Source: a virus
DNA: 64,000 nt
Reading direction: 5' to 3' (one strand)
Virus record (IMG/VR): IMGVR_UViG_3300045988_120282
Coordinates: 70,940-134,939 of that record
Shown: positions 18,824-27,794 of the stretch, one piece after another
How positions within the stretch are numbered: the stretch's first letter is position 1
Layout: each line of letters starts with the position of its first letter
The notes under the pieces: generated by a model
Told to the model about the DNA's origin: nothing
Databases searched by the model: none
The model's input: the letters and a program-made list of their open reading frames with translations, nothing else
Position numbers and translations under genes: made by a program

Positions 18824-19566
18824 TATTTGTAACAGGAGATACACATGGGGATTGGATGACTCGATTAAACAGTCGTTCTTTCCCAGAGGGAGTTGAGTTA
18901 ACCAAAGATGATTATGTGATTATCTGCGGAGATTTTGGACTGTGGCATGACACAAAAGAAGAACGATATAATCTGGAATGGTTAGATAACAAGCCATTTA
19001 CTACATTGTTTGTATGTGGGAATCATGAAAATTACGACCGCTTATATCAATATCCTGTAGAGAAATGGTGTGGCGGAAAGATTCACAAGATCAAAGACTC
19101 TGTATTTCATCTTATGCGTGGACAGGTGTTTGAAATTCAAGGAAAGAAATTCTTTACATTTGGCGGTGCCAGTTCCCATGATGTGCAAGATGGAATTTTA
19201 GAGCCAGACGATCCAAGAATTAATGAATGGTACAGAGATTATGACAAAATGTTTAGGATTAATCATGTGAGCTGGTGGAAAGAAGAATTGCCATCTGATA
19301 AAGAGATGGCAGAAGGTGTGATGAATTTAGAGAAAAATGACTTCCAAGTAGATTACGTTATTACACATAGTCCATACACATCTGTTTTAAGACAAATGGA
19401 TCAAGGATCAGGAGTGTACAAATCTGACAAGTTAACGGATTATTTACAGCAAATAAAAGACAAAGTGATTTATCAAAAATGGTTCTTTGGGCATATGCAT
19501 GTGAACCAGAACTTTCCAGGAGATAATGCGATTGCAATTTACGAACAAATTATTAGGATTTTATAG
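18820..19566 (+). CDS. metallophosphoesterase (calcineurin-like phosphoesterase)
   Basis: Motifs GDTHGD, ICGDFGLW, CGNHEN in canonical order. Confidence 0.8.
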   Translation: MIFVTGDTHGDWMTRLNSRSFPEGVELTKDDYVIICGDFGLWHDTKEERYNLEWLDNKPFTTLFVCGNHENYDRLYQYPVEKWCGGKIHKIKDSVFHLMRGQVFEIQGKKFFTFGGASSHDVQDGILEPDDPRINEWYRDYDKMFRINHVSWWKEELPSDKEMAEGVMNLEKNDFQVDYVITHSPYTSVLRQMDQGSGVYKSDKLTDYLQQIKDKVIYQKWFFGHMHVNQNFPGDNAIAIYEQIIRIL

Positions 19567-19577
19567 GAGAATTTTGT

Positions 19578-19898
19578 ATGAAGATAAATACGATTAGACA
19601 AAATAAGGAAGAAAAGAAAGCAAACCAGAATCTTATGTGGATTTCAGCCGAGATTCCGCCACTAAAACCAGATAATGCATCACGTTATATGAGATATAAA
19701 ACATATCCCGTTATTGTGGATTACAAATATAATGATGGATGTGTGGACGAAGTGCTTGATTTTTGTGACTATGATTTTGAAGAAAAGAAATGGAAACTGG
19801 ATAAGCCTCATAAAGTTAGACAGTATTTCCCCCTTCCAAGTAAGCACAAAGTAAAGTGTTCGAACAAAAAGAGAACATCTGTTCGAAAAATATCTTGA
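19578..19898 (+). CDS. hypothetical basic protein
   Basis: ORF with RBS TAGGAGAATTTTGT. Confidence 0.5.
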   Translation: MKINTIRQNKEEKKANQNLMWISAEIPPLKPDNASRYMRYKTYPVIVDYKYNDGCVDEVLDFCDYDFEEKKWKLDKPHKVRQYFPLPSKHKVKCSNKKRTSVRKIS

Positions 19899-19969
19899 TT
19901 TTGTTCTATGGTAGCATTATAATAAGAAATGTAGAGATTCTTTGTTCACAATAAAAATTAACTTTCTTT

Positions 19970-20007
19970 CTTGCACCTATTGACAGGGTGCAAAAAGTAT
20001 GGTATAT
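19970..20007 (+). promoter_or_regulatory. promoter with palindromic operator (copy 1 of 3): TTGCACC-TATTGACAG-GGTGCAA ... TGgTATATT
   Basis: -35 TTGACA 19979-19984, 17-nt spacer, extended -10 TGgTATATT 19999-20007; inverted repeat TTGCACC / GGTGCAA brackets the -35; about 55 nt nearly identical to 62425-62480. Confidence 0.6.
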
Positions 20008-20057
20008 TTAATTCATGAAAATAAAAAATGCAACTGGGGAAAGTTGAGGGACGTAAA

Positions 20058-20507
20058 ATGAACGGATATACTAACAAAGAAAGAAAAGGAAACGATAACA
20101 GAAAAAGAAAAGAATATGTATATGGCAAATATCAAAATCCTCAAGTTTGGGGAATATATTTTGCAGATTTGCCGAAAATTGAAGGTAGTCACATCTTGCA
20201 TGGGAAAAGACCAGTCATCGTATATTCTAATAATATTTGTAATAATACAAGCACTGAGATTAACGTGTATCCAATTACAAAAAAATTAAGGAACTGGATA
20301 CCGACACATGTGACCATTTATCCAAATACCAGTAATGGATTAAAAATGGTATCACAGGTGTATTTAGAGCAAGGAAGAACAATTCCAAAGAATAATCTTT
20401 TAGAGTATTGGGGAAGAATATCTGATCTATCTTTAATGTTAAAAATAGGGCATGGCATTTTAATACAAAACGGCATGTTATCGTACATGAATGCAATGGC
20501 ATCCTAG
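20058..20507 (+). CDS. PemK/MazF-fold protein (putative toxin-like endoribonuclease fold)
   Basis: VWGIYFADLPKIEGSHILHGKRPVIVYSNNICNNTSTEINVYPITKK...HVTI...MVSQVYLEQGRTIPKNNL follows the PemK/MazF consensus (G-i-v-f-g-sE-gk-RP-lV-snd---tv-v-PiT); start placed at ATG 20058 behind RBS GAGGGA. Confidence 0.6.
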   Translation: MNGYTNKERKGNDNRKRKEYVYGKYQNPQVWGIYFADLPKIEGSHILHGKRPVIVYSNNICNNTSTEINVYPITKKLRNWIPTHVTIYPNTSNGLKMVSQVYLEQGRTIPKNNLLEYWGRISDLSLMLKIGHGILIQNGMLSYMNAMAS

Positions 20508-20521
20508 AAATGGAGAATGTT

Positions 20522-21538
20522 ATGAATAATAAAGAATTGATACAAAATTATATAGATTCTCACGTATCAGAATCACGTCGCCCAACATGGAATTGGTTAT
20601 TAGATTCTGATATTGCGGACGACAATGAATCTGGGTTAACGTATGCACCAGGCACAATCCAAAAGGCTATATTATCAGATACTAGAGGTAAAAAAACCAA
20701 AAGTATGAATTCTATTAAAAAAAGATATGACCAGCTTGTGAAATTGTATACTTATGCATATGAACAAAATTACATTAAATATAATCCATTTGTTAATGAT
20801 AAATTTATAAACTTGCAATTAGCAGTTGATATATATTTTTCAAATAGAGTTAATGTTAATTATGTTACGCCAGATAAAATAAATGCGTTTATTTCGAATC
20901 TGATGTCGTGCAATGCATCAGCCGATACCAAATTGAATACTAGATTTCACATTGTGAGTTTATATAATGGGATAAATGGAAAGGAGTTAAGAAATCTAAA
21001 ATTCTCGGATATTAATCAAAATGATTTAACAATTTTTGGGAAACCAGTCTCCAAAGATTTTATCGAGACATTGAATGAATATAAATTGAAAATGGGAGAT
21101 ACGAATATATATGATGATTTTGTATTAATACCACGAAAAAAATGTAATAATATAGAAGAATATAAAGCAGAGCAAAAGAGGATATATAATAATGTGCAGT
21201 CTCAATTAGAATTAACAGGCAATACTTTATCTTATGAAAAATTGACAACCATTGATGTTATTAATTCTGGTTTTATACAATATTTAAAATCTAAAATGGA
21301 TATCAAGGCAATTGCAGATTTATATTATATTAAATCAAAAGAAGGAATTGCACGATCTGTAATCGCACGTCAATTTAGTGATATTGCAATTGATTTTTAT
21401 TATAATTATTATATATCATATAGAATAAAGAAGAAACAATTTAGTGATCGTCAAACGGTAATCGGTAAAAGTATTGGTTACCTATATAAAGATGAGGACT
21501 ATAAGAATTATCGTGTACATCAAATCATGGCAGAATAA
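20522..21538 (+). CDS. hypothetical protein with tyrosine-recombinase-like N-terminal/core-binding features but degenerate catalytic motifs
   Basis: AYEQNYIKYNPFVN resembles the core-binding domain end and GINGKELRNLKFSDI resembles box I; no H-x-x-R or His/Tyr box recognisable, so functional call is weak. Confidence 0.3.
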   Translation: MNNKELIQNYIDSHVSESRRPTWNWLLDSDIADDNESGLTYAPGTIQKAILSDTRGKKTKSMNSIKKRYDQLVKLYTYAYEQNYIKYNPFVNDKFINLQLAVDIYFSNRVNVNYVTPDKINAFISNLMSCNASADTKLNTRFHIVSLYNGINGKELRNLKFSDINQNDLTIFGKPVSKDFIETLNEYKLKMGDTNIYDDFVLIPRKKCNNIEEYKAEQKRIYNNVQSQLELTGNTLSYEKLTTIDVINSGFIQYLKSKMDIKAIADLYYIKSKEGIARSVIARQFSDIAIDFYYNYYISYRIKKKQFSDRQTVIGKSIGYLYKDEDYKNYRVHQIMAE

Positions 21539-21552
21539 AGGAAGGTATATGT

Positions 21553-21918
21553 ATGGACAATCAAATATTAGAAATGTTAGCAGCGAATCAATCAAATCAA
21601 ATGCATATTGATGTACTTGATTTACACTCATCAGAAATGTCATCGTGGTTTCTGAGTGAATATAAGATTCGAGCAGATGATAGAAAGATGAAGATCTATG
21701 GCAAAGATAAAGATCTTTCATATCATTGGATCGAATTTATTCAAGATGAGAATTTGTTCTCTCATATTAGGCAGGACGACATATTTGACATAATCAAATG
21801 CCTGCAATTTACATACAAAGAGAGATACAATGTTGGAATAAAAATACAGACAATAAAAAAGAAAGCAGAAGTCTTTGGTAAAACTTCTACTTTCACACAA
21901 ACTAAAAATTTCAACTAA
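21553..21918 (+). CDS. hypothetical protein
   Basis: ORF with RBS AAGGAAGG. Confidence 0.5.
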   Translation: MDNQILEMLAANQSNQMHIDVLDLHSSEMSSWFLSEYKIRADDRKMKIYGKDKDLSYHWIEFIQDENLFSHIRQDDIFDIIKCLQFTYKERYNVGIKIQTIKKKAEVFGKTSTFTQTKNFN

Positions 21919-21994
21919 ACAAATCATAGATAACAAAAAAAGATTTTTTGAATCTACCGTGTTGGCAGCACGATAGAAAATCGAATTTGATATT

Positions 21995-22070
21995 TAGAAT
22001 TGTTTAATCTGAAAGGATAATAATATCCTTAAAATCATTATAACAATTCTAAACATGTTCGTCAACATGA
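21995..22070. repeat. cluster of nested palindromes
   Basis: TAGAATTGTT 21995-22004 and AACAATTCTA 22042-22051 (perfect 10-nt IR); inner AGGATA-ATAA-TATCCT 22014-22029; CATGTT-CGTC-AACATG 22053-22068. Confidence 0.45.
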
Positions 22071-22111
22071 AAATTTTTCCAAAAAACTACAATTAAATAC
22101 AGGAGTGATGT

Positions 22112-22762
22112 ATGAAATACATAATTACGAATGAAGAGTTCTATGTGAAAAGAGATCATGCAAGAAATAGATACGTTCGTGATAACCGTAAGTCTGAAGC
22201 TACTCAATTTACCTCCAAACAAGCAAAGCACATTTTAGGTTTGAAGCATAAATATACGTGGATGAAAGACGGATTTCATGCCAGAGAAATTGAGCTAGGT
22301 AAAGTTGGAAAACCTATGGAATCTAGTGAAATAATGCGTAAGGGTAATGGAAATTGCTTTATGGATTGGGAATGTGATAATACATTGATCGACAATATAG
22401 AGACTGAGGAAAGAGCTATAGTAGGACTTCTAGCATATGACTCAGATCAATTAGGAGAAAAGAAGTTTGAATTAGAGCAGGCATTATCATATGCCGATTC
22501 TGCCAGAAGTGATATTCTTCATGCGATTGAGTTTAAAAAGATTGATGCTGCGAAACGTGCAGTGATTGTTGGGTATCTTAAAACCTTACAAGAATTACAC
22601 AGAAAAATCAAGAATTGTATTCGATACATAGAAGTGATGCAGAATTGTATGGATAATCAGAAAGATATATGTACTTTGAAGAAAGAATTAAAAGATGCAG
22701 AACATAAGTCGTATGTCGGCAGGACAAAGTATTATGAGCTGATCCAGAATATAATTGGGTAG
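22112..22762 (+). CDS. hypothetical protein
   Basis: ORF with RBS ACAGGAGTGATG. Confidence 0.5.
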   Translation: MKYIITNEEFYVKRDHARNRYVRDNRKSEATQFTSKQAKHILGLKHKYTWMKDGFHAREIELGKVGKPMESSEIMRKGNGNCFMDWECDNTLIDNIETEERAIVGLLAYDSDQLGEKKFELEQALSYADSARSDILHAIEFKKIDAAKRAVIVGYLKTLQELHRKIKNCIRYIEVMQNCMDNQKDICTLKKELKDAEHKSYVGRTKYYELIQNIIG

Positions 22763-22845
22763 AGTTTCTTCCTTATTATATATGATGACTCGCACAGGCA
22801 TTTGTGCAAAATTAAAATGTAAATATTATGTTAGAAAGGAGAAAT

Positions 22846-23283
22846 ATGGGTATTTACATACAAAAGTTTGGGGAATTAGGACAAAGATATTTTAAACCAG
22901 ATGAAATAGAATATAGTCCACACTCAGGAGACTGCATTAAAGTATTAAATAAGCAAAATGGAAAAGAAAAAACATATGTAGTGATTAATGAAGATGTAGG
23001 TGATCTACGATTACACACAAGAGAGTTAATGCCAAGAGTTCATTATACAATCTGCGATGAAAAACATTTGGATAATATTTATATGTTTAGTGTTTCAGCT
23101 TTGCTTGATAAAGAAAGGTGGATATTGCGTATATATGATTCGTTTGGTATTGAAAGAAAACGAAATGGAATATATTCGTTTGTCGATACGTTAGATTCAG
23201 ATGTCATTATTACCATTTTGATAGGAAAATACAAGCGTGAAGATACATTTAATGTAAAAGTACCTTGTGAATTAAGAAATTAA
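22846..23283 (+). CDS. hypothetical protein
   Basis: ORF; start after AAAGGAGAAAT. Confidence 0.5.
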   Translation: MGIYIQKFGELGQRYFKPDEIEYSPHSGDCIKVLNKQNGKEKTYVVINEDVGDLRLHTRELMPRVHYTICDEKHLDNIYMFSVSALLDKERWILRIYDSFGIERKRNGIYSFVDTLDSDVIITILIGKYKREDTFNVKVPCELRN

Positions 23284-23297
23284 AAAAGGAGAATCGT

Positions 23298-24611
23298 ATG
23301 GAAGAAAATAAAACGGGCGTTTGGATACGCTGTATGAATGGCAAAGAAGTTAAATATAATCATAATCAGATTTCATCATTTAATGTAGGAGAGATTGTCG
23401 AAGTAGATAACGATGATGTGTATGTAAAGTTTAAAATTGAGACAGTTGAATTAAAGTTTGGTTCAGCGATAATAGCTACCTACACGATAAAACCTCAAGG
23501 TATAATTACTAAAACATTACATCCTTATCAATATAAGGCGTTTGATGATGCGGAGTCAATTGTAATGGATGTTTATAAAAATGATGTAGTAAATATTATT
23601 GTGCCATATTGGCACGAAAAACTGCGATATAGATTACAAAGTATAAATTCGACAGAAGCTGCTATTAGAATCACAAGACAAGAAACAATGAACGAGGATC
23701 TTGAGATTCATACAGGTACGATTTTAGCTGACGAAATAAAAATTGGAACATTAGCCCCACCACCACTTTCAGAAAGAAGAGTGTCTGCTCTGCCACACTA
23801 TCAGCAAAAACCAATTACTGCAACGTCAGAAGCAGAAAAGAATTGGTGGAAAGAATGTTATGGAGGATCCGAAACTGAACGTGGATTACGAGCAGACGCA
23901 CCAACACTTGATGATTGGAATGGTGAAATGAGTGCAACTTTAACATTTGCGTCAGAAAAATTGGATGAAATCATGAGTGAACTTACAGGAAACGAAGAGG
24001 AGAAAGATATGAATACGAAGAATTTAAAAGAAATGATCAAAAAACCAATCTATGTTGATAAGGAAATTACAGTAAAAGAACCAATGTTAGACAATAACGG
24101 TAAACAGATTGAAAAAGATGGCGAACCAGTGTTTAAAGTCAAACATTATCATGGAATGGTTAAAATCTTATGGACTTCTGGAGCGGAAACTGTTGCGTAT
24201 GTAGAAGGAAATGATGTGTATGACAGAGAAAATGGCTTCAAAACCTGTGTATTAAAATACCTTTGCGGCAACGCAGGGGCTTATGATGCAGTTGACTTCT
24301 GGACAAACAAATATGTGAAATATCCAAGCAGCTGTATTGAAGTAACAGAAAATTTATGCAAATTAGAAAAAATTCTTGAGAATGACAAGCAGAGAGAAGA
24401 AGAAAGAAAAGGTTTGCCTCATGCAAAATTCTTTGTCGTAAAGAAAGAAGAATTAATGTTTGATCCACTTAAAGAATCATATGAGGACGAGAATGGTCAA
24501 AAGATTAAGGAATTTAAGAAACTTGCTAAGAAGTATTTCCCAGAACTCAAGGGCAAAGAAATTTATATCAATGACAATAAGAGTTATGAAATCTTCGTAG
24601 CAATTAAATAA
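23298..24611 (+). CDS. hypothetical protein
   Basis: ORF with RBS AAAAGGAGAATCGT. Confidence 0.55.
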   Translation: MEENKTGVWIRCMNGKEVKYNHNQISSFNVGEIVEVDNDDVYVKFKIETVELKFGSAIIATYTIKPQGIITKTLHPYQYKAFDDAESIVMDVYKNDVVNIIVPYWHEKLRYRLQSINSTEAAIRITRQETMNEDLEIHTGTILADEIKIGTLAPPPLSERRVSALPHYQQKPITATSEAEKNWWKECYGGSETERGLRADAPTLDDWNGEMSATLTFASEKLDEIMSELTGNEEEKDMNTKNLKEMIKKPIYVDKEITVKEPMLDNNGKQIEKDGEPVFKVKHYHGMVKILWTSGAETVAYVEGNDVYDRENGFKTCVLKYLCGNAGAYDAVDFWTNKYVKYPSSCIEVTENLCKLEKILENDKQREEERKGLPHAKFFVVKKEELMFDPLKESYEDENGQKIKEFKKLAKKYFPELKGKEIYINDNKSYEIFVAIK

Positions 24612-24632
24612 TACATGAAAAGGAGATAAATT

Positions 24633-26702
24633 ATGTGTACGCCAATGAATGAAAACTGGAGCAATTTTTTAAACAAATTGTCAGAGCGTTTAAATAAAAT
24701 GCTCGACTATGTAGAGAAAAACAATTCTACATTGTATGAAACTGATATTGATAAAGATGTGCTGTGGGAAGTATATCTGAGTAGTTTTCCTGAAGGAACA
24801 AACAAAATGTATCGCAAACGACGAGAATATGACTGTGGTCATTGCCGAAACTTTATTAAAACAATCGGTGGAGCTGTGGCAATTGTTGACGGCAAGATTC
24901 ATACAATCTGGGAGATCGACACAGATGATGTAGTATTTCAGCCAGTAGTTGATGCCTTAAGAACATATGTCGAATCAAAGCCGATCAAAGATATTTGGAG
25001 ACATTTTACAAATACAATTGGTACAAAAACCACAAATGAGTATACAGAAGATAAGCAGATTATCAAATGGACTCATATGTATACACCGATTCCAGAGAGG
25101 TTATTGGAAAGGAAATCTGATATTCCTACAATTAAAGCAAAAGTGAGAGATCGAAAGAATGTGTTTAAAAGATCACTTGATGAAATTACAGAAGAAGCTG
25201 TTGATACAGTATTAGAACTGATTGCTTCAAATACTCTTTATAGAGGACAGGAATGGGAAAGAGTATTAAAAGATTTTAGAAAATATCAGCGAGAATACAA
25301 CGGTTTGTCAGATGAAGAAAAAGATACATACACATGGACAAAAGCCATGACGATCGGAGATGTAATTGGTCGTATTAGAAACCATAGTATCGGTACATTA
25401 CTTGTGAATATCAGCGAAGGTATGGATTTAGATAATGCAGTAAAAGCTTATGAAAATGTTGTAGCTCCTGCGAATTACAAACGACCAAAGGCAATTTTTA
25501 CGAAGAAAATGCTTGAGGATGCAAAGAAAACTGTAACCGATTTAGGATATATGGATTCATTGCAGCGTAGATTTGCAAGACTTGACGATATTACGGTAAA
25601 CAATATTCTGTTTTGTAATCGTGATGCAGCACCACGTATCCAGGGCGGCTTAGATATTTTTGATGAGATGAGTAAGGAAGTCGCTGTAAATCCTAAGAAA
25701 TTCTCTAAAGTAGAAGAGATCAGTGCAGAGAAATTTGTATCAGATGTTCTTCCAACCGCAAAAGAATTAGAAGTCTTGTTTGAAAATCGACATAAGAAGA
25801 ACATGGTTTCACTGATCGCACCTGTAAACAAAGATGCCAAGAACATGATGAAGTGGAGCAATCCTTTCAGTTGGGCGTACTCAGGAAATATGACAGATAG
25901 CGAGATGAAAGAAAGAGTTAAGAACGCAGGCGGAGCAGTTGATGGTGTCCTAAGATTTTCAATTCAGTGGAACGCAGGAAAAGATTGGAATAGAGATGAT
26001 TTTGATGCACATTGTAAAACACCTTGTCAGCATATTTTCTTTAACCATATGGTTGATCATAAAACACGAGGTAGACTTGATGTTGATGTGATTAATCCAG
26101 TAAAAGGCGAACCTGCCGTAGAGAATATCACATGGGCAGATAAATCCAAGATGGTTGATGGAGATTATGAATTTTTCGTACACAATTATTGTCATAGCAA
26201 CGGTACATCAGGATTTACAGCAGAGATTGAATTTGATGGTCAGATTTATGAATTTGAATACGATCAACCTTTAAGACAGGGGCAGAACGTGCCAGTGGCT
26301 ACAGTTACATTAAAAGATGGAGTATTCACAATCAAAGAGAAACTTCCATCAACAACATCTTCAAGAGAAATCTGGGGAATCAATACAAATCAGTTTGTGT
26401 CAGTCACAGTAATGTGTTATTCACCTAACTATTGGGATGAACAGACAGGTATTGGACACAAACATTATCTGTTCATGTTAAACGGATGTGTAAATGAAGA
26501 TACTCCAAATGGATTCTTCAATGAGTTCTTGAAACAGGAATTGGTACAGCACAAGAGAGTATTCGAGGCTTTAGGAAGTAAGATGCATGTCGCAGATGAT
26601 CCGAACCAGTTATCAGGAATTGGTTTCAGTTCTACAAAGCGAGATGATGTGATCATCAAAGTTAAGGGTGCAACTGAAAGAGTTCTTAAAATTAAATTTT
26701 AA
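24633..26702 (+). CDS. large hypothetical protein (689 aa) immediately upstream of NAD cluster
   Basis: RBS AAAAGGAGATAAATT; no motif I can confidently assign. Confidence 0.6.
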   Translation: MCTPMNENWSNFLNKLSERLNKMLDYVEKNNSTLYETDIDKDVLWEVYLSSFPEGTNKMYRKRREYDCGHCRNFIKTIGGAVAIVDGKIHTIWEIDTDDVVFQPVVDALRTYVESKPIKDIWRHFTNTIGTKTTNEYTEDKQIIKWTHMYTPIPERLLERKSDIPTIKAKVRDRKNVFKRSLDEITEEAVDTVLELIASNTLYRGQEWERVLKDFRKYQREYNGLSDEEKDTYTWTKAMTIGDVIGRIRNHSIGTLLVNISEGMDLDNAVKAYENVVAPANYKRPKAIFTKKMLEDAKKTVTDLGYMDSLQRRFARLDDITVNNILFCNRDAAPRIQGGLDIFDEMSKEVAVNPKKFSKVEEISAEKFVSDVLPTAKELEVLFENRHKKNMVSLIAPVNKDAKNMMKWSNPFSWAYSGNMTDSEMKERVKNAGGAVDGVLRFSIQWNAGKDWNRDDFDAHCKTPCQHIFFNHMVDHKTRGRLDVDVINPVKGEPAVENITWADKSKMVDGDYEFFVHNYCHSNGTSGFTAEIEFDGQIYEFEYDQPLRQGQNVPVATVTLKDGVFTIKEKLPSTTSSREIWGINTNQFVSVTVMCYSPNYWDEQTGIGHKHYLFMLNGCVNEDTPNGFFNEFLKQELVQHKRVFEALGSKMHVADDPNQLSGIGFSSTKRDDVIIKVKGATERVLKIKF

Positions 26703-26720
26703 TATAAAGGAGATTGAATT

Positions 26721-27110
26721 ATGACAACAGAAAATTTATTCGAAATGGCAACAAGAAGCAAATTGAGATTCCCATCAACAAAGGGAGAATTATCCGTAGA
26801 AGATTTATGGGATTTATCTGATAAAGATTTAGACGTGGTTTATAAAAATCTGAAAGATCAGGAAGTTAAATCGTCAGAAGAAAGCCTGTTGGATGATGCA
26901 AATGTTGATCCAAAATTAACGGCTGCAATTGGTATTGTAAGATACATCTTTACAACAAAACGTAAAGAGAAACTTGCCGAGAAGGAACGTATTAATAAGA
27001 AATTGAAACAGAAAAAGTATATTGATGCTCTTTCCAAGAAACAGGATGAGGCTATTGAGAAGATGTCAGAAGCGGAATTACGTGCAATGATTGATTCTTT
27101 CGAAGATTAA
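26721..27110 (+). CDS. hypothetical protein
   Basis: ORF with RBS AAAGGAGATTGAATT. Confidence 0.5.
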   Translation: MTTENLFEMATRSKLRFPSTKGELSVEDLWDLSDKDLDVVYKNLKDQEVKSSEESLLDDANVDPKLTAAIGIVRYIFTTKRKEKLAEKERINKKLKQKKYIDALSKKQDEAIEKMSEAELRAMIDSFED

Positions 27111-27183
27111 GATGATATGCCTACTCGTCATATTTGACGGGTGGGTGTTACATAAAACAGTAATTTAATGGAAGGAGAAAACA

Positions 27184-27780
27184 ATGGACGTTAATAAATT
27201 ATTGGTTGTCGTCGATATGCAGAATGATTTCATCGACGGAAGCCTTGGAACCAAAGAAGCACAGGAAATTGTTCCCAAAGTAATTGAGAAAATTAAAAAT
27301 TTTGATGGCATTATTGTAGCAACAATAGATACACATCACGAAGATTATTTTTCTACACAGGAAGGAAAGAAACTTCCAGTAAAACATTGCATTAAAGGAG
27401 AAGATGGTTGGCGATTCAATAAAAAAATTGCAAAGGAGTTATTATCATCTGAAATGTTTACAGAATATCATAAGCAAGAAAAAGGAATATATCTTTTAGA
27501 CACATATCGTAAAGAAACATTTGGGTCATTAGATCTTGCATGTGATTGTGAAGCTGAGTTTGGAGAAGGTAATAGATCTCACCCAGAAGATGTTGAAATT
27601 ACACTCATTGGTCTTTGTACAGATATTTGTGTAATCTCCAACGCAATGTTGTTAAAAACAACGTTACCAGAGGCAAAGCTTATTGTAGATGCATCGTGTT
27701 GCGCAGGTGTAACGCCAGAGAGTCACAAGAACGCACTTGAAGCTATGAAAATGTGCCAGATTGAAGTAATCAATGAGTAA
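27184..27780 (+). CDS. isochorismatase-family hydrolase, nicotinamidase (PncA)-like
   Basis: LLVVVDMQNDFIDG (catalytic Asp region) and LIGLCTDICVISNA (catalytic Cys) typical of PncA/isochorismatase fold. Confidence 0.75.
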   Translation: MDVNKLLVVVDMQNDFIDGSLGTKEAQEIVPKVIEKIKNFDGIIVATIDTHHEDYFSTQEGKKLPVKHCIKGEDGWRFNKKIAKELLSSEMFTEYHKQEKGIYLLDTYRKETFGSLDLACDCEAEFGEGNRSHPEDVEITLIGLCTDICVISNAMLLKTTLPEAKLIVDASCCAGVTPESHKNALEAMKMCQIEVINE

Positions 27781-27794
27781 AGGAGTGATGAAGG

